Shown piece by piece: positions 49,178-57,047 of a stretch of DNA of 57,812 bases. The notes below the pieces were generated by a model. The model was not told the DNA's origin. It ran no database searches and saw only the letters and a program-made list of their open reading frames with translations. Numbering within the stretch: position 1 is the stretch's first letter; the number at the start of each line of letters is the position of its first letter. Position numbers and translations under genes: made by a program. Source of the stretch: an uncultured virus (IMG/VR IMGVR_UViG_3300028048_003162) (Duplodnaviria > Heunggongvirae > Uroviricota > Caudoviricetes); the IMG/VR virus record IMGVR_UViG_3300028048_003162; one strand, given 5' to 3'.

Positions 49178-49678
49178 ATGATTGACTTAAAGAAAGCAAA
49201 GGTTGTACTTTTTGATTTTGATGACACATTGTGTTTGCACCCACAGCATAGAAAAGATACACAGGTAGAACATGAGAAGTTCATGAGTGATAATGTGTTT
49301 ACTTCTGGGGATTTTACAGAAACATGGGATGATACAAAGATAAGCACTACAATGGACAGGTTCATGCATAAATGTAATGAGTTAGGACTTGAACTTGGTT
49401 TAGTTTCAAGCGTTGAAAATTATAGGGTAGCAAAGAATAAGGTGAGATGGGTCAAGGCAGTTTATGGCTTGAAGCTTAGAAATTATTGTACATCAGCTTC
49501 AGATGGTGGAACTGCAAAGGTTAATATGATGCAGGCTATTGCAGATAGCAAAGGTTTAGCAAATGAACAGATCTTAATCATTGATGATTGGTGGGTTGTC
49601 CTGGAGGCAGCAGCTAACAGAGGATTCCAGGCAGCTAGTCCAATGGAGTGCATTGCATATATTGAGGAACATGAATAA
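49178..49678 (+). CDS. HAD-superfamily hydrolase
   Basis: FDFDDTL, VSS, K, LIIDD. Confidence 0.8.
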   Translation: MIDLKKAKVVLFDFDDTLCLHPQHRKDTQVEHEKFMSDNVFTSGDFTETWDDTKISTTMDRFMHKCNELGLELGLVSSVENYRVAKNKVRWVKAVYGLKLRNYCTSASDGGTAKVNMMQAIADSKGLANEQILIIDDWWVVLEAAANRGFQAASPMECIAYIEEHE

Positions 49679-49820
49679 AAGAGAGGGCATAAAAATGAGA
49701 AAGGATACACTTGTAAGAAATTCATATTGGCATGGTTATTACTGGTATAACAATACTGGTTATTTGTCGTGCAATTAAATATGAAAGTTTAGCAAGTGAA
49801 TTATCTTTGTGTACATATAA

Positions 49821-49863
49821 TAAAGCACCTAAGGCATGGAATAATTGACTTAGGTGCTTTTAG
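49821..49863 (+). terminator. Intrinsic terminator
   Basis: AAAGCACCTAAG/CTTAGGTGCTTT. Confidence 0.7.
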
Positions 49864-50053
49864 TATGTATAAAAACATAGAATGGAAGTGATGCATATGG
49901 ATAGTGACTATGACTATTGGTGGCAAAAGAGAGACATGAATAATAAAGAGTTTAGCAAGTACTTTGAGAAGTAACTGTAAAGTCCTTGGAGATACTTTAC
50001 TTAAAAATAGGGTATGCATTGTAAAATTTTTCAATAAAAATTATAAAAAGGTG

Positions 50054-50082
50054 TTGACAAATTGGTTTAGATGGTGTAATAT
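50054..50082 (+). promoter_or_regulatory. Sigma-A type promoter for tRNA cluster 1
   Basis: TTGACA-N17-TAATAT. Confidence 0.6.
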
Positions 50083-50110
50083 GTATTTAGAGTTAAGGGA
50101 AAGAAAATAT

Positions 50111-50194
50111 TGGTAGGTATGCAAATGGCTGAAGCAAGCGGTCTGTAAAACCGTGACGTAAGATACAGTGTGGGTTCAAATCCCACCCTACCAA
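50111..50194 (+). tRNA. tRNA-Tyr (GTA)
   Basis: TGGTAGG/CCTACCA; GCGGT-CT-GTA-AA-ACCGT; long variable arm; GTGGG-TTCAAAT-CCCAC. Confidence 0.88.
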
Positions 50195-50208
50195 CTTTAT
50201 AAAAATTT

Positions 50209-50297
50209 GCGTCGGTGAGCAGAATTGGCATCGCAGCGGTATGTAAAATCATGGTTGGGGAGACCTGACATTTCTGGTTCAAGTTCAGAGCGGCGCA
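50209..50297 (+). pseudogene. Degenerate tRNA (Tyr-like GTA)
   Basis: GCGTCG/CGGCGC acceptor and TTCAAGT T-loop, but mismatched anticodon stem GCGGT/ATCAT and A32. Confidence 0.6.
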
Positions 50298-50305
50298 CTT
50301 AATAA

Positions 50306-50376
50306 AGGTCTTTGGTGTAGTGGTAACATGTCGTTCTCCAAAAACGAAGTCATCAGTTCAACTCTGATAGGGCCTG
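50306..50376 (+). tRNA. tRNA-Trp (CCA)
   Basis: AGGTCTT/AGGGCCT; TCGTT-CT-CCA-AA-AACGA. Confidence 0.88.
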
Positions 50377-50418
50377 TTCTAAATATTAGATTACAAATAA
50401 ATTTAAGGAGTAGGACAT

Positions 50419-50688
50419 ATGAAACAGAATGTAATCATAGGAAAACATGTTTGTGAACCTTGGTTAATGTTTGCAAATGATAAAAATGACTGGAAAGACA
50501 ATGAGGAAAGGAATACACTCATCACAGAAGAAAGGTTTCTACCTAGGATTTTGGTAGAGTGTGGGGTAGTTAAGAGCATTAACGAAGTAAAGCGTAACAA
50601 GCCTGACTTTGTTAAGACATTGGATGGTGTAGACTTCATTGAGGTTAAGTGGGGTAAAAAGAGGGTGTTCATTCAGGTTGGAGAATAA
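50419..50688 (+). CDS. Small protein resembling the S4-like C-terminal domain of TyrRS
   Basis: LPRILVECGVVKSINEVKRN...IEVKWGKKRVF; AAGGAG RBS. Confidence 0.55.
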   Translation: MKQNVIIGKHVCEPWLMFANDKNDWKDNEERNTLITEERFLPRILVECGVVKSINEVKRNKPDFVKTLDGVDFIEVKWGKKRVFIQVGE

Positions 50689-50692
50689 TCAT

Positions 50693-50727
50693 TAAGAGAA
50701 TTACTAATTACAGTAATTCTCTTTTTT
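50693..50727 (+). terminator. Intrinsic terminator
   Basis: AAGAGAATTACT/AGTAATTCTCTT + TTTT. Confidence 0.75.
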
Positions 50728-50731
50728 ATTG

Positions 50732-50760
50732 TTGACAAGGCAGGTTTAGTTTGATATAAT
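50732..50760 (+). promoter_or_regulatory. Sigma-A type promoter
   Basis: TTGACA-N17-TATAAT with TG. Confidence 0.75.
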
Positions 50761-50794
50761 ATGTATATAAGTAAAGAAAGAGAGGAAACATGGC

Positions 50795-51034
50795 ATGGTA
50801 AAAGCTTCAGAGATACATACTTTTGGAAAAGAAAGCATTGGACATGTGCAAGAATATGGAGAATCATTCATTGTTGTGAGAGACAGTGACAAAGAGGTTC
50901 TTGCAATGTCACAAGGATGGTGTAACTTTAATGGGTTACCTGTATACACTAAGCAGTTGGATAATGGACTTAAGGTGTTAGAGGTAGATACACCTAATGG
51001 AAAGGGCGAGATCATTTATTATTTCCATGAATAG
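50795..51034 (+). CDS. Hypothetical protein
   Basis: Own promoter, GAGG RBS and terminator. Confidence 0.7.
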   Translation: MVKASEIHTFGKESIGHVQEYGESFIVVRDSDKEVLAMSQGWCNFNGLPVYTKQLDNGLKVLEVDTPNGKGEIIYYFHE

Positions 51035-51048
51035 CATAGAGTATGTGG

Positions 51049-51086
51049 TAGGCACTGACTAGTTTAGGCTAGTTGGTGCCTATTTT
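51049..51086 (+). terminator. Intrinsic terminator
   Basis: TAGGCACTGACTAG/CTAGTTGGTGCCTA + TTTT. Confidence 0.75.
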
Positions 51087-51251
51087 AATGCTCATATATG
51101 CTCAACTCTAAGCATTATGTGCAATTAGAATTATAAATTTTAATTAAAATAGTTTGGAGCTACCTAACTATTCATCTAACATTAGACAAGAGTTAGTCAA
51201 GATGGCGAAAAATGATGCAGACAGTAGTATTATAAAATAAGAGCAGTGGAA

Positions 51252-51280
51252 TTGACAAATAGTATGAAATGTGTTATAAT
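51252..51280 (+). promoter_or_regulatory. Sigma-A type promoter
   Basis: TTGACA-N17-TATAAT with TG. Confidence 0.75.
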
Positions 51281-51317
51281 AAAAGAGAAGTAAGAAAGAA
51301 AGGAGATCTTGGATAAA

Positions 51318-51440
51318 ATGAATCAGACACTTAGATTTTTTGATGAACATGATTTTATTATTGCCGAGGCGCATGATGAGCGTGTCGACTTATTTTCATG
51401 TAATCAAATAAAGAAATCTAAGCATAGTGGTTTATTTTAG
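51318..51440 (+). CDS. Possible 40-aa small ORF (or structured sRNA)
   Basis: AAGGAG RBS; MNQTLRFFDEHDFIIAEAHDERVDLFSCNQIKKSKHSGLF; bracketed by a promoter and a terminator. Confidence 0.4.
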   Translation: MNQTLRFFDEHDFIIAEAHDERVDLFSCNQIKKSKHSGLF

Positions 51441-51471
51441 GACAAGTTCTTTATAATTTAATGCACGTGGT

Positions 51472-51515
51472 AAAGCACCAGAGGCTTAGAAATAAGTTTC
51501 TGGTGTTTTTTATTT
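51472..51515 (+). terminator. Intrinsic terminator
   Basis: AAGCACCAGAGGCTTA/TAAGTTTCTGGTGTTT + T run. Confidence 0.8.
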
Positions 51516-51541
51516 GCATTAAAAGTCAGGAGGAAAATGGT

Positions 51542-51688
51542 ATGGAACATGAAATTAAAAGTGATGAACATGACATTGAAAGTGATGATCATGATGCGGA
51601 TGATTTTGAACATCACTTTATAAGAAAATGGCACATTGATAACGTAAAAGTACATTCAAAAGGTATGCAAGCATGTAAGTTGGTTTAG
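51542..51688 (+). CDS. 48-aa His/Asp-rich small protein
   Basis: AGGAGG 8 nt upstream; EHEIKSD-EHDIESD-DHDADDF-EHH heptads. Confidence 0.4.
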   Translation: MEHEIKSDEHDIESDDHDADDFEHHFIRKWHIDNVKVHSKGMQACKLV

Positions 51689-51769
51689 CATATAAGGTCC
51701 CTAGGTGGACTATAACCTTTTTTAGGTTAAGCATTGAAAAATTTATTTGAACTTTTTATATAAAAAGTG

Positions 51770-51798
51770 TTGACAAAGAATAAGAGGTATGATATAGT
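51770..51798 (+). promoter_or_regulatory. Sigma-A type promoter upstream of small ORF and tRNA cluster 2
   Basis: TTGACA-N17-TATAGT with TG. Confidence 0.7.
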
Positions 51799-51845
51799 AT
51801 AGTTGTGGTTGAGAGATATATAAAATAAATAAGGAGGTCAGTGTT

Positions 51846-52037
51846 ATGGGATATTATGACGATGATGACTTTTACAGCTACAGTGATAGGATGGCTCGTA
51901 GGAGAGAAAGAACTGCTCAGGAATTAAGAGCATCTGGACTTCGTGATAATGGATATGGCACTTGGGAAGATCCTGATAAACCATGGAGAACATCTTGGCA
52001 TATAAACCCTGATGGGAGTAAATTTGCTGACATGTAG
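51846..52037 (+). CDS. Hypothetical protein
   Basis: AAGGAGGT RBS, 63 aa. Confidence 0.7.
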   Translation: MGYYDDDDFYSYSDRMARRRERTAQELRASGLRDNGYGTWEDPDKPWRTSWHINPDGSKFADM

Positions 52038-52091
52038 GAAGTTAGGAGGTAGCCTTGAAATTGTTTGGCTACCTCCTGGATAAAAATTTAT

Positions 52092-52164
52092 GGGGTTTTA
52101 GCTCAGCTGGGAGAGCACCTGCCTTGCAAGCAGGAGGTCAAGGGTTCAAGCCCCTTAAGCTCCA
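52092..52164 (+). tRNA. tRNA-Ala (TGC)
   Basis: GGGGTTT/AAGCTCC with G3-U70; CCTGC-CT-TGC-AA-GCAGG. Confidence 0.93.
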
Positions 52165-52177
52165 CTTAAAATAATTT

Positions 52178-52249
52178 GGTCTTATAGTATAAAGGTTAGT
52201 ACATCTGACCGTCTATCAGAAAATGAGGGTTCGATTCCCTCTAAGATCG
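52178..52249 (+). tRNA. tRNA-Asp (GTC), atypical anticodon loop
   Basis: GGTCTTA/TAAGATC; TCTGA-CC-GTC-TA-TCAGA (C33, U37). Confidence 0.82.
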
Positions 52250-52273
52250 CTATGGAACATATAATTTAGTTAT

Positions 52274-52346
52274 GGCGCAAGTAGCTTAAAGGTAGAGCAG
52301 TGGATTGTGGATCCACCATATGTGAGTTCAAATCTCACCCTGTGCC
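52274..52346 (+). tRNA. tRNA-His (GTG)
   Basis: G-1 with C73; GTGGA-TT-GTG-GA-TCCAC. Confidence 0.88.
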
Positions 52347-52361
52347 CTTATACAAATACAT

Positions 52362-52433
52362 CGGTGATTACTCGAGCGGATCAGAGGCAGGCCTTTCAAG
52401 CCTGTTAGATGGGGTCAGCACCCATATCATCGA
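52362..52433 (+). tRNA. tRNA-Glu (TTC), atypical T-loop
   Basis: CGGTGAT/ATCATCG; CAGGC-CT-TTC-AA-GCCTG; T arm ATGGG-GTCAGCA-CCCAT. Confidence 0.7.
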
Positions 52434-52479
52434 CTATGATAAACACTTGGGTTTAAGGGTTTGTCATTAAATTAAATAT

Positions 52480-52551
52480 GGGGCATTAGTCTAATGGCTA
52501 CGATGAGTGATTCTCAGTCACTAGATGTAGGTTCGATTCCTACATGCCCTA
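52480..52551 (+). tRNA. tRNA-Glu (CTC)
   Basis: GGGGCAT/ATGCCCT; AGTGA-TT-CTC-AG-TCACT; GTAGG-TTCGATT-CCTAC. Confidence 0.85.
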
Positions 52552-52616
52552 CTAGAAACATATGAAAGGAGAGTGGTTGTAATGTTTAGTGAATTTGACA
52601 ACAGTGGATTTACTTA

Positions 52617-52688
52617 GGGTTGCTAGCTGAGATGGATTAGCGACAGACTGAAAATCTGTAGAGAGTGGTTCAATACCACTGCAGCCCA
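52617..52688 (+). tRNA. tRNA-Phe (GAA)
   Basis: GGGTTGC/GCAGCCC; ACAGA-CT-GAA-AA-TCTGT. Confidence 0.9.
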
Positions 52689-52701
52689 CTAAAATGAATA
52701 T

Positions 52702-52773
52702 TGATGCTTAGCTCAGTGGTAGAGTAGTCGTCTGATACGCGATTGGTCATTGGTTCAAATCCAATAGCATCAA
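52702..52773 (+). tRNA. tRNA-Ile (GAT)
   Basis: TGATGCT/AGCATCA; GTCGT-CT-GAT-AC-GCGAT. Confidence 0.88.
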
Positions 52774-52779
52774 CTTAAT

Positions 52780-52817
52780 AAACCATAGCATTGTTAAAAA
52801 TGTTGTGGTTTATTTTA
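52780..52817 (+). terminator. Intrinsic terminator after tRNA cluster 2
   Basis: AAACCATAGCATT/AATGTTGTGGTTT + ATTTT. Confidence 0.65.
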
Positions 52818-52846
52818 TTGATTTCTTCAATAAAATGTGATATAAT
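52818..52846 (+). promoter_or_regulatory. Sigma-A type promoter
   Basis: TTGATT-N17-TATAAT with TG. Confidence 0.65.
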
Positions 52847-52867
52847 AAATTACAGGAGGTATGGGAA

Positions 52868-53233
52868 ATGGGTGCATTAAGTCAGAAAGCGAATAACATT
52901 AAATATACACTGAATCATAGAAAAGCGTTTAGAGGACTTGAAAGAAGACTGCTAGGACATAACACTTTTCGTTCTCTATTCCATGATTTAGATAAAGTAT
53001 TCTTGTATATGATATTTGATCATGACAAAGTGCATAATATGCATGTCAAACACGCTCATCACCATGAGTTAAAAGCAAAGACACATGGAGATTATGTTCA
53101 GATGGTCATTGATTGGGAATGTGCACGTTTCACTAAACCTGATAAACCATTAAATGCAAGACAGACACTTGATAAATACTATCCTCATTTGAAAGATAAG
53201 GTATTACCTGTAATTGAGGAACTTGGATTATAA
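52868..53233 (+). CDS. HD-like (DUF5662-like) protein
   Basis: H...HDLDK...HAHHHE...MVIDW. Confidence 0.7.
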   Translation: MGALSQKANNIKYTLNHRKAFRGLERRLLGHNTFRSLFHDLDKVFLYMIFDHDKVHNMHVKHAHHHELKAKTHGDYVQMVIDWECARFTKPDKPLNARQTLDKYYPHLKDKVLPVIEELGL

Positions 53234-53255
53234 AGTTTATAAGGAGGACAAAGAG

Positions 53256-53504
53256 ATGAGTTTTCAAAAGAGATATTTAGTCATTGCTGAACCTTTGGAT
53301 GATCCTTTCAGTTATGCAGTGAACATCTATGATACAAAGAATAAAAATGAGAAAATGACTACTGGACAATTTGAGTTTGATTTGAACATGCAGCATGTGG
53401 ATCATGGGCGTAATTTTTTGAATGGTAGTCTTACTACTTATGGGGATGCAATCAAAGCAAAGAGAGTATTCAATTTATTTACTAGGTATTCAGTAGACTT
53501 TTAA
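53256..53504 (+). CDS. Hypothetical protein
   Basis: AAGGAGG RBS before ATG 53256. Confidence 0.65.
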   Translation: MSFQKRYLVIAEPLDDPFSYAVNIYDTKNKNEKMTTGQFEFDLNMQHVDHGRNFLNGSLTTYGDAIKAKRVFNLFTRYSVDF

Positions 53505-53820
53505 AAGAAGGCGTTTACAGAACAGTTCAGACAATTAAGTTTTGGTATTAGATGCATAATCAGTATGACATAGGGTGAAAATTAGATATGCAGTGGGGTC
53601 AAAATTAGTATCAACAAGAATGAAATTAGATTGTGTGAAATGATAAATGAAAGGTCAATTAAAAAGATAAGAGATGCTATTGATAAAAGAGGCAATCAGC
53701 ATTGAAAAATTGAATGAAAATGAGAGAAAAATCAGTGATGCAATGGGCTAAAAAGTGGTATACAGTGAGTGATGGGCATTGGTTTTTCAAAATTAAAATT
53801 TTTATAAGGGAGCGAGAGCA

Positions 53821-54120
53821 TTGGATGAATTGAACATCTGGTTAGATGATGTAAGGGAGGCACCTGATGAAAGTTTTGTTACTTGTCATTCAGTGAATGA
53901 GGCAAAGAGAGTAATTGAACAAGCAGAGGAACTTGGGGAGCAGGTAATTGGTTTAATTGATATGGATCATGACCTTGGAGATTATGCATATGATGGCGGA
54001 GATGGTATCTGTTTAATGGATTGGTTAGTTGAGAGAGGAACATTATATAACATAGCTTTTCATACAGCAAACCCTGTTGGAAGATCTAATATGCAGCGAA
54101 TGAAAGATAGGTTTTGGTAA
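53821..54120 (+). CDS. Cyclic-phosphate-processing receiver domain protein
   Basis: IWLDDVR, DMDHDLG, HTANPVGR. Confidence 0.8.
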   Translation: MDELNIWLDDVREAPDESFVTCHSVNEAKRVIEQAEELGEQVIGLIDMDHDLGDYAYDGGDGICLMDWLVERGTLYNIAFHTANPVGRSNMQRMKDRFW

Positions 54121-54234
54121 TGGGCATTTAGATAAAGAGATTGACATGAATATGGACAAGATTGACTAGATGTGCAACCTTATAATAATATAATATAAAT
54201 TATATTATTTTTAGTAAGGAGTTGAAAAGGAGAG

Positions 54235-55020
54235 ATGGGTACATATGTAGTTGGAGATGTACATGGATGTTTAAGCCAGTGGCTTGCATTCAAAGAGAAG
54301 ATCGAAAAAACGGACAGGGATGCAAGATTTATTTTGGTAGGAGACATTGTTGATAGAGGAAAAGAAACATTTGAGATGATTGAATGGGCAATTGAAAACA
54401 TATCAGACAATGGGAAATATCAAATGGTTATTGGTAATCACGAGCATGAAAAAATTGAGTGGTGGGACATTATAGTGTCTAGGTGCATAGAGGAGCATGC
54501 ATTAGATGTAAATTCAGACAACTCAGAAGATTTAGATAACATATATGAAATAAGATATGACTTCCTAAAACATTACAGAAACAGATGTTTAGGGTTAAAG
54601 ACAATAAAGAGGCACATAGACTTCTTCAAAACACTTAAATACTATAAGGATTTGGAGATAGGCAGTAAGAGGTTTATTGTAGTACATGCAGGTTTAACTG
54701 ATTCTGTCATTAAGGAAGATGGATCACTCAAGGATGTAGGAGAGATGAGCAAGAAAGAATTAGAGTACATACTTTGGGATAGATCCTTGGAGCCCTTTAC
54801 AGGTTTAAGTGGTACTATGGTAGTGCATGGACATACACCTACAGTTAGTCATTGTGCTTTTACAGAGAGCACTAGATTTACAGATAGGAAATTAGGTAAG
54901 ATTGCATATTATGGTAATAGATGCAATGTGGATTGTGGTTTAGTATTTAAAAGTAATCATGAGTTCGCTAATTTAGGGGCTTTAAGGTTAGAAGATGGCA
55001 AAGAGTTTTATTTATTTTAG
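54235..55020 (+). CDS. Ser/Thr protein phosphatase-like metallophosphoesterase
   Basis: GDVHG, GDIVDRG, GNHE, VHAG, LWDR, HGHTP, VDCG. Confidence 0.92.
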   Translation: MGTYVVGDVHGCLSQWLAFKEKIEKTDRDARFILVGDIVDRGKETFEMIEWAIENISDNGKYQMVIGNHEHEKIEWWDIIVSRCIEEHALDVNSDNSEDLDNIYEIRYDFLKHYRNRCLGLKTIKRHIDFFKTLKYYKDLEIGSKRFIVVHAGLTDSVIKEDGSLKDVGEMSKKELEYILWDRSLEPFTGLSGTMVVHGHTPTVSHCAFTESTRFTDRKLGKIAYYGNRCNVDCGLVFKSNHEFANLGALRLEDGKEFYLF

Positions 55021-55050
55021 ACATTAAGAATGTCAGAAAGGCGTGTAATT

Positions 55051-55461
55051 ATGAGACAGGCAATCAGATCATTTTGGGGAAATTATTTTAATTTCTCTGG
55101 TAGGGCAACAAGGGCAGAATATTGGTACTATGTTCTGTTATATGCAATCGTTGGTTTTGTGATTGGAATACCAGCAAGTTCAAGATTTTGGCTTGTGAAA
55201 ATTCCATTTGGCATCATAGGATTTATCTGGGTGGTGGTAAGCTTCATTGGATTTTTAGCCTTGACAATCAGGAGATTGCATGACTCAAATAAGTCAGGTT
55301 GGTGGCTTTTGTTATGTATTGTGTTATCAGGGTTTGTAATTGGTGAGATCATCTTCATTGTGCTTATGGTACTTCCTAGTAATGATGGAGGCAACAGGTT
55401 TGGACCTGGAAACAATTATGCAAATGGATCAGGCATGAACAATAATGGGTATACTTACTAA
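55051..55461 (+). CDS. DUF805 family membrane protein
   Basis: YFNFSGRATRAEYW, IRRLHDSNKSGWW, NRFGP. Confidence 0.9.
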   Translation: MRQAIRSFWGNYFNFSGRATRAEYWYYVLLYAIVGFVIGIPASSRFWLVKIPFGIIGFIWVVVSFIGFLALTIRRLHDSNKSGWWLLLCIVLSGFVIGEIIFIVLMVLPSNDGGNRFGPGNNYANGSGMNNNGYTY

Positions 55462-55472
55462 GTAAAATAGAA

Positions 55473-55508
55473 TAGGCACCTGTCAAGAAAAAGATTGACA
55501 GGTGTCTA
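55473..55508. terminator. Hairpin, probable terminator
   Basis: TAGGCACCTGTCAA/TTGACAGGTGTCTA. Confidence 0.6.
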
Positions 55509-55529
55509 AAAATTATTTTGAAAAAGTTG

Positions 55530-55558
55530 TTGACAAAATAATTTCTTGGTATTATAAT
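55530..55558 (+). promoter_or_regulatory. Sigma-A type promoter
   Basis: TTGACA-N17-TATAAT. Confidence 0.75.
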
Positions 55559-55583
55559 AATATGTATAAGGAGAGAGGAAATC

Positions 55584-56420
55584 ATGAGTAAGAGAAACAA
55601 AGATGGTTTAACTTTAGAGCAGTTCCTTGAGAGATACAAGCCCGGAGATTATGAGAGACCTAGTGTTACAGTAGATTCTGTAATACTTGGTGTAAAAGAG
55701 GACTACAGTACATTAAAAGTTCTGCTTATTCAAAGAGGGGATCACCCTTACATAGGAGATTGGGCACTACCTGGTGGGTTTATCAACATGGATGAATCTG
55801 CTGAGGATGCAGCCAGTAGAGAACTCAAAGAAGAGACTGGACTTGAGGCAAATTACCTTGAACAGTTGTATACAATGAGTGAGCCTGGCAGAGATCCTCG
55901 AATGAGAGTAATTAGCATTGCATATATGGCTTTGACAAAGATTACAAGTGTTAAAGCAGGGGATGATGCAAGCAGAGCAGTATGGTGTGACATTAAACTT
56001 AATAAGGGCACTGAAAGTAATGAACTTGTCATTGAGAATCAGGACTGTGGCATTTGCATTAAGTATAATGTCAAGGGAAGTATTGAAGAGTACATGAGAA
56101 ATAAAAAGGCAAGTGAGGAAAAATTTGCAGTAAGGGCAGCTTCAGATATGAAACTTGCATTTGATCATGTGTTCATCATACTTATGGCACTTGAGAGGCT
56201 TAAGAATAAAGCTAAGTATACAAATGTAATGTTTAGTGTGGCAGAGAAGATGTTCACACTGCCTGATATTCAGGCATTGTACAGTTTAATGATCAATGAA
56301 AAGGTTTATGATAAGTCATTCAGAGACAAGATTAAGCCTATGTTGGAGGATACAGGGTACAAGGCTAAATCAATTGTTGGCAATAAGGTAAGTAAGCTAT
56401 ACAGTTATAAAGAAATTTGA
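55584..56420 (+). CDS. NrtR-like Nudix (ADP-ribose) hydrolase/regulator with C-terminal wHTH
   Basis: YERPSVTVD, WALPGGF...ESAEDAASRELKEETGL, LEQLYT, RDPR, LAFDH, FTLPDIQALY. Confidence 0.88.
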   Translation: MSKRNKDGLTLEQFLERYKPGDYERPSVTVDSVILGVKEDYSTLKVLLIQRGDHPYIGDWALPGGFINMDESAEDAASRELKEETGLEANYLEQLYTMSEPGRDPRMRVISIAYMALTKITSVKAGDDASRAVWCDIKLNKGTESNELVIENQDCGICIKYNVKGSIEEYMRNKKASEEKFAVRAASDMKLAFDHVFIILMALERLKNKAKYTNVMFSVAEKMFTLPDIQALYSLMINEKVYDKSFRDKIKPMLEDTGYKAKSIVGNKVSKLYSYKEI

Positions 56421-56438
56421 TCATAGGAGGATAAAAAG

Positions 56439-57026
56439 ATGTTAAAGAGTAGAATTTTAGTAGTCATTGATATGCAAAATGACTTCTTAACTGGTCCATT
56501 AGGTTGCATGGAACCTGAAAGAGTTTGTAACAAGGTATTAAAGCGGCTGAACAGTGGAAAATACGATAAGGTCTTTGCTACAAGAGATACACATTATCAG
56601 AATACATATGCATCTACGATGGAGGGCAAAAAGCTTCCTGTTTTACATTGTGTGCAGAGTACAGATGGTTGGTGCATTGAGAAAAGAATTCAGGAGGCGC
56701 TGGATAAGCTGGCAGCATCTGATGAGTTTAAGGTGAGTATCATCAACAAGGAAACATTTGGTAGTCTTGACCTTGCATATCAGATTAAGAATTGGACTAA
56801 TAGAGAGTGCTTAGATGAAGATGACCTGATCATTGATATTTGTGGAGTGTTTACAGATATCTGCGTGATTAGCAATGCAACTTTGATTAAGGCAGCTGTG
56901 CCTAATGCAACCATTAGAATTATTTCTAATGCATGTTCATGTGGCAGTGAGGAGGATCAGGAGAGAGCACTTAAGAGTATGGAGAAAATGCACATGGACA
57001 TATTGTATCCTGTGACAATGCAGTAG
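56439..57026 (+). CDS. pncA: Nicotinamidase/isochorismatase-family cysteine hydrolase
   Basis: IDMQNDF, TRDTH, LHC, K, GVFTDICV. Confidence 0.82.
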   Translation: MLKSRILVVIDMQNDFLTGPLGCMEPERVCNKVLKRLNSGKYDKVFATRDTHYQNTYASTMEGKKLPVLHCVQSTDGWCIEKRIQEALDKLAASDEFKVSIINKETFGSLDLAYQIKNWTNRECLDEDDLIIDICGVFTDICVISNATLIKAAVPNATIRIISNACSCGSEEDQERALKSMEKMHMDILYPVTMQ

Positions 57027-57047
57027 TTATTAAGAGAGGACATAGAA

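Noticed and set aside
49581..49778. Small ORF after the HAD gene
   Set aside because: Mostly overlaps the HAD gene out of frame; the remaining 27 codons have no supporting features
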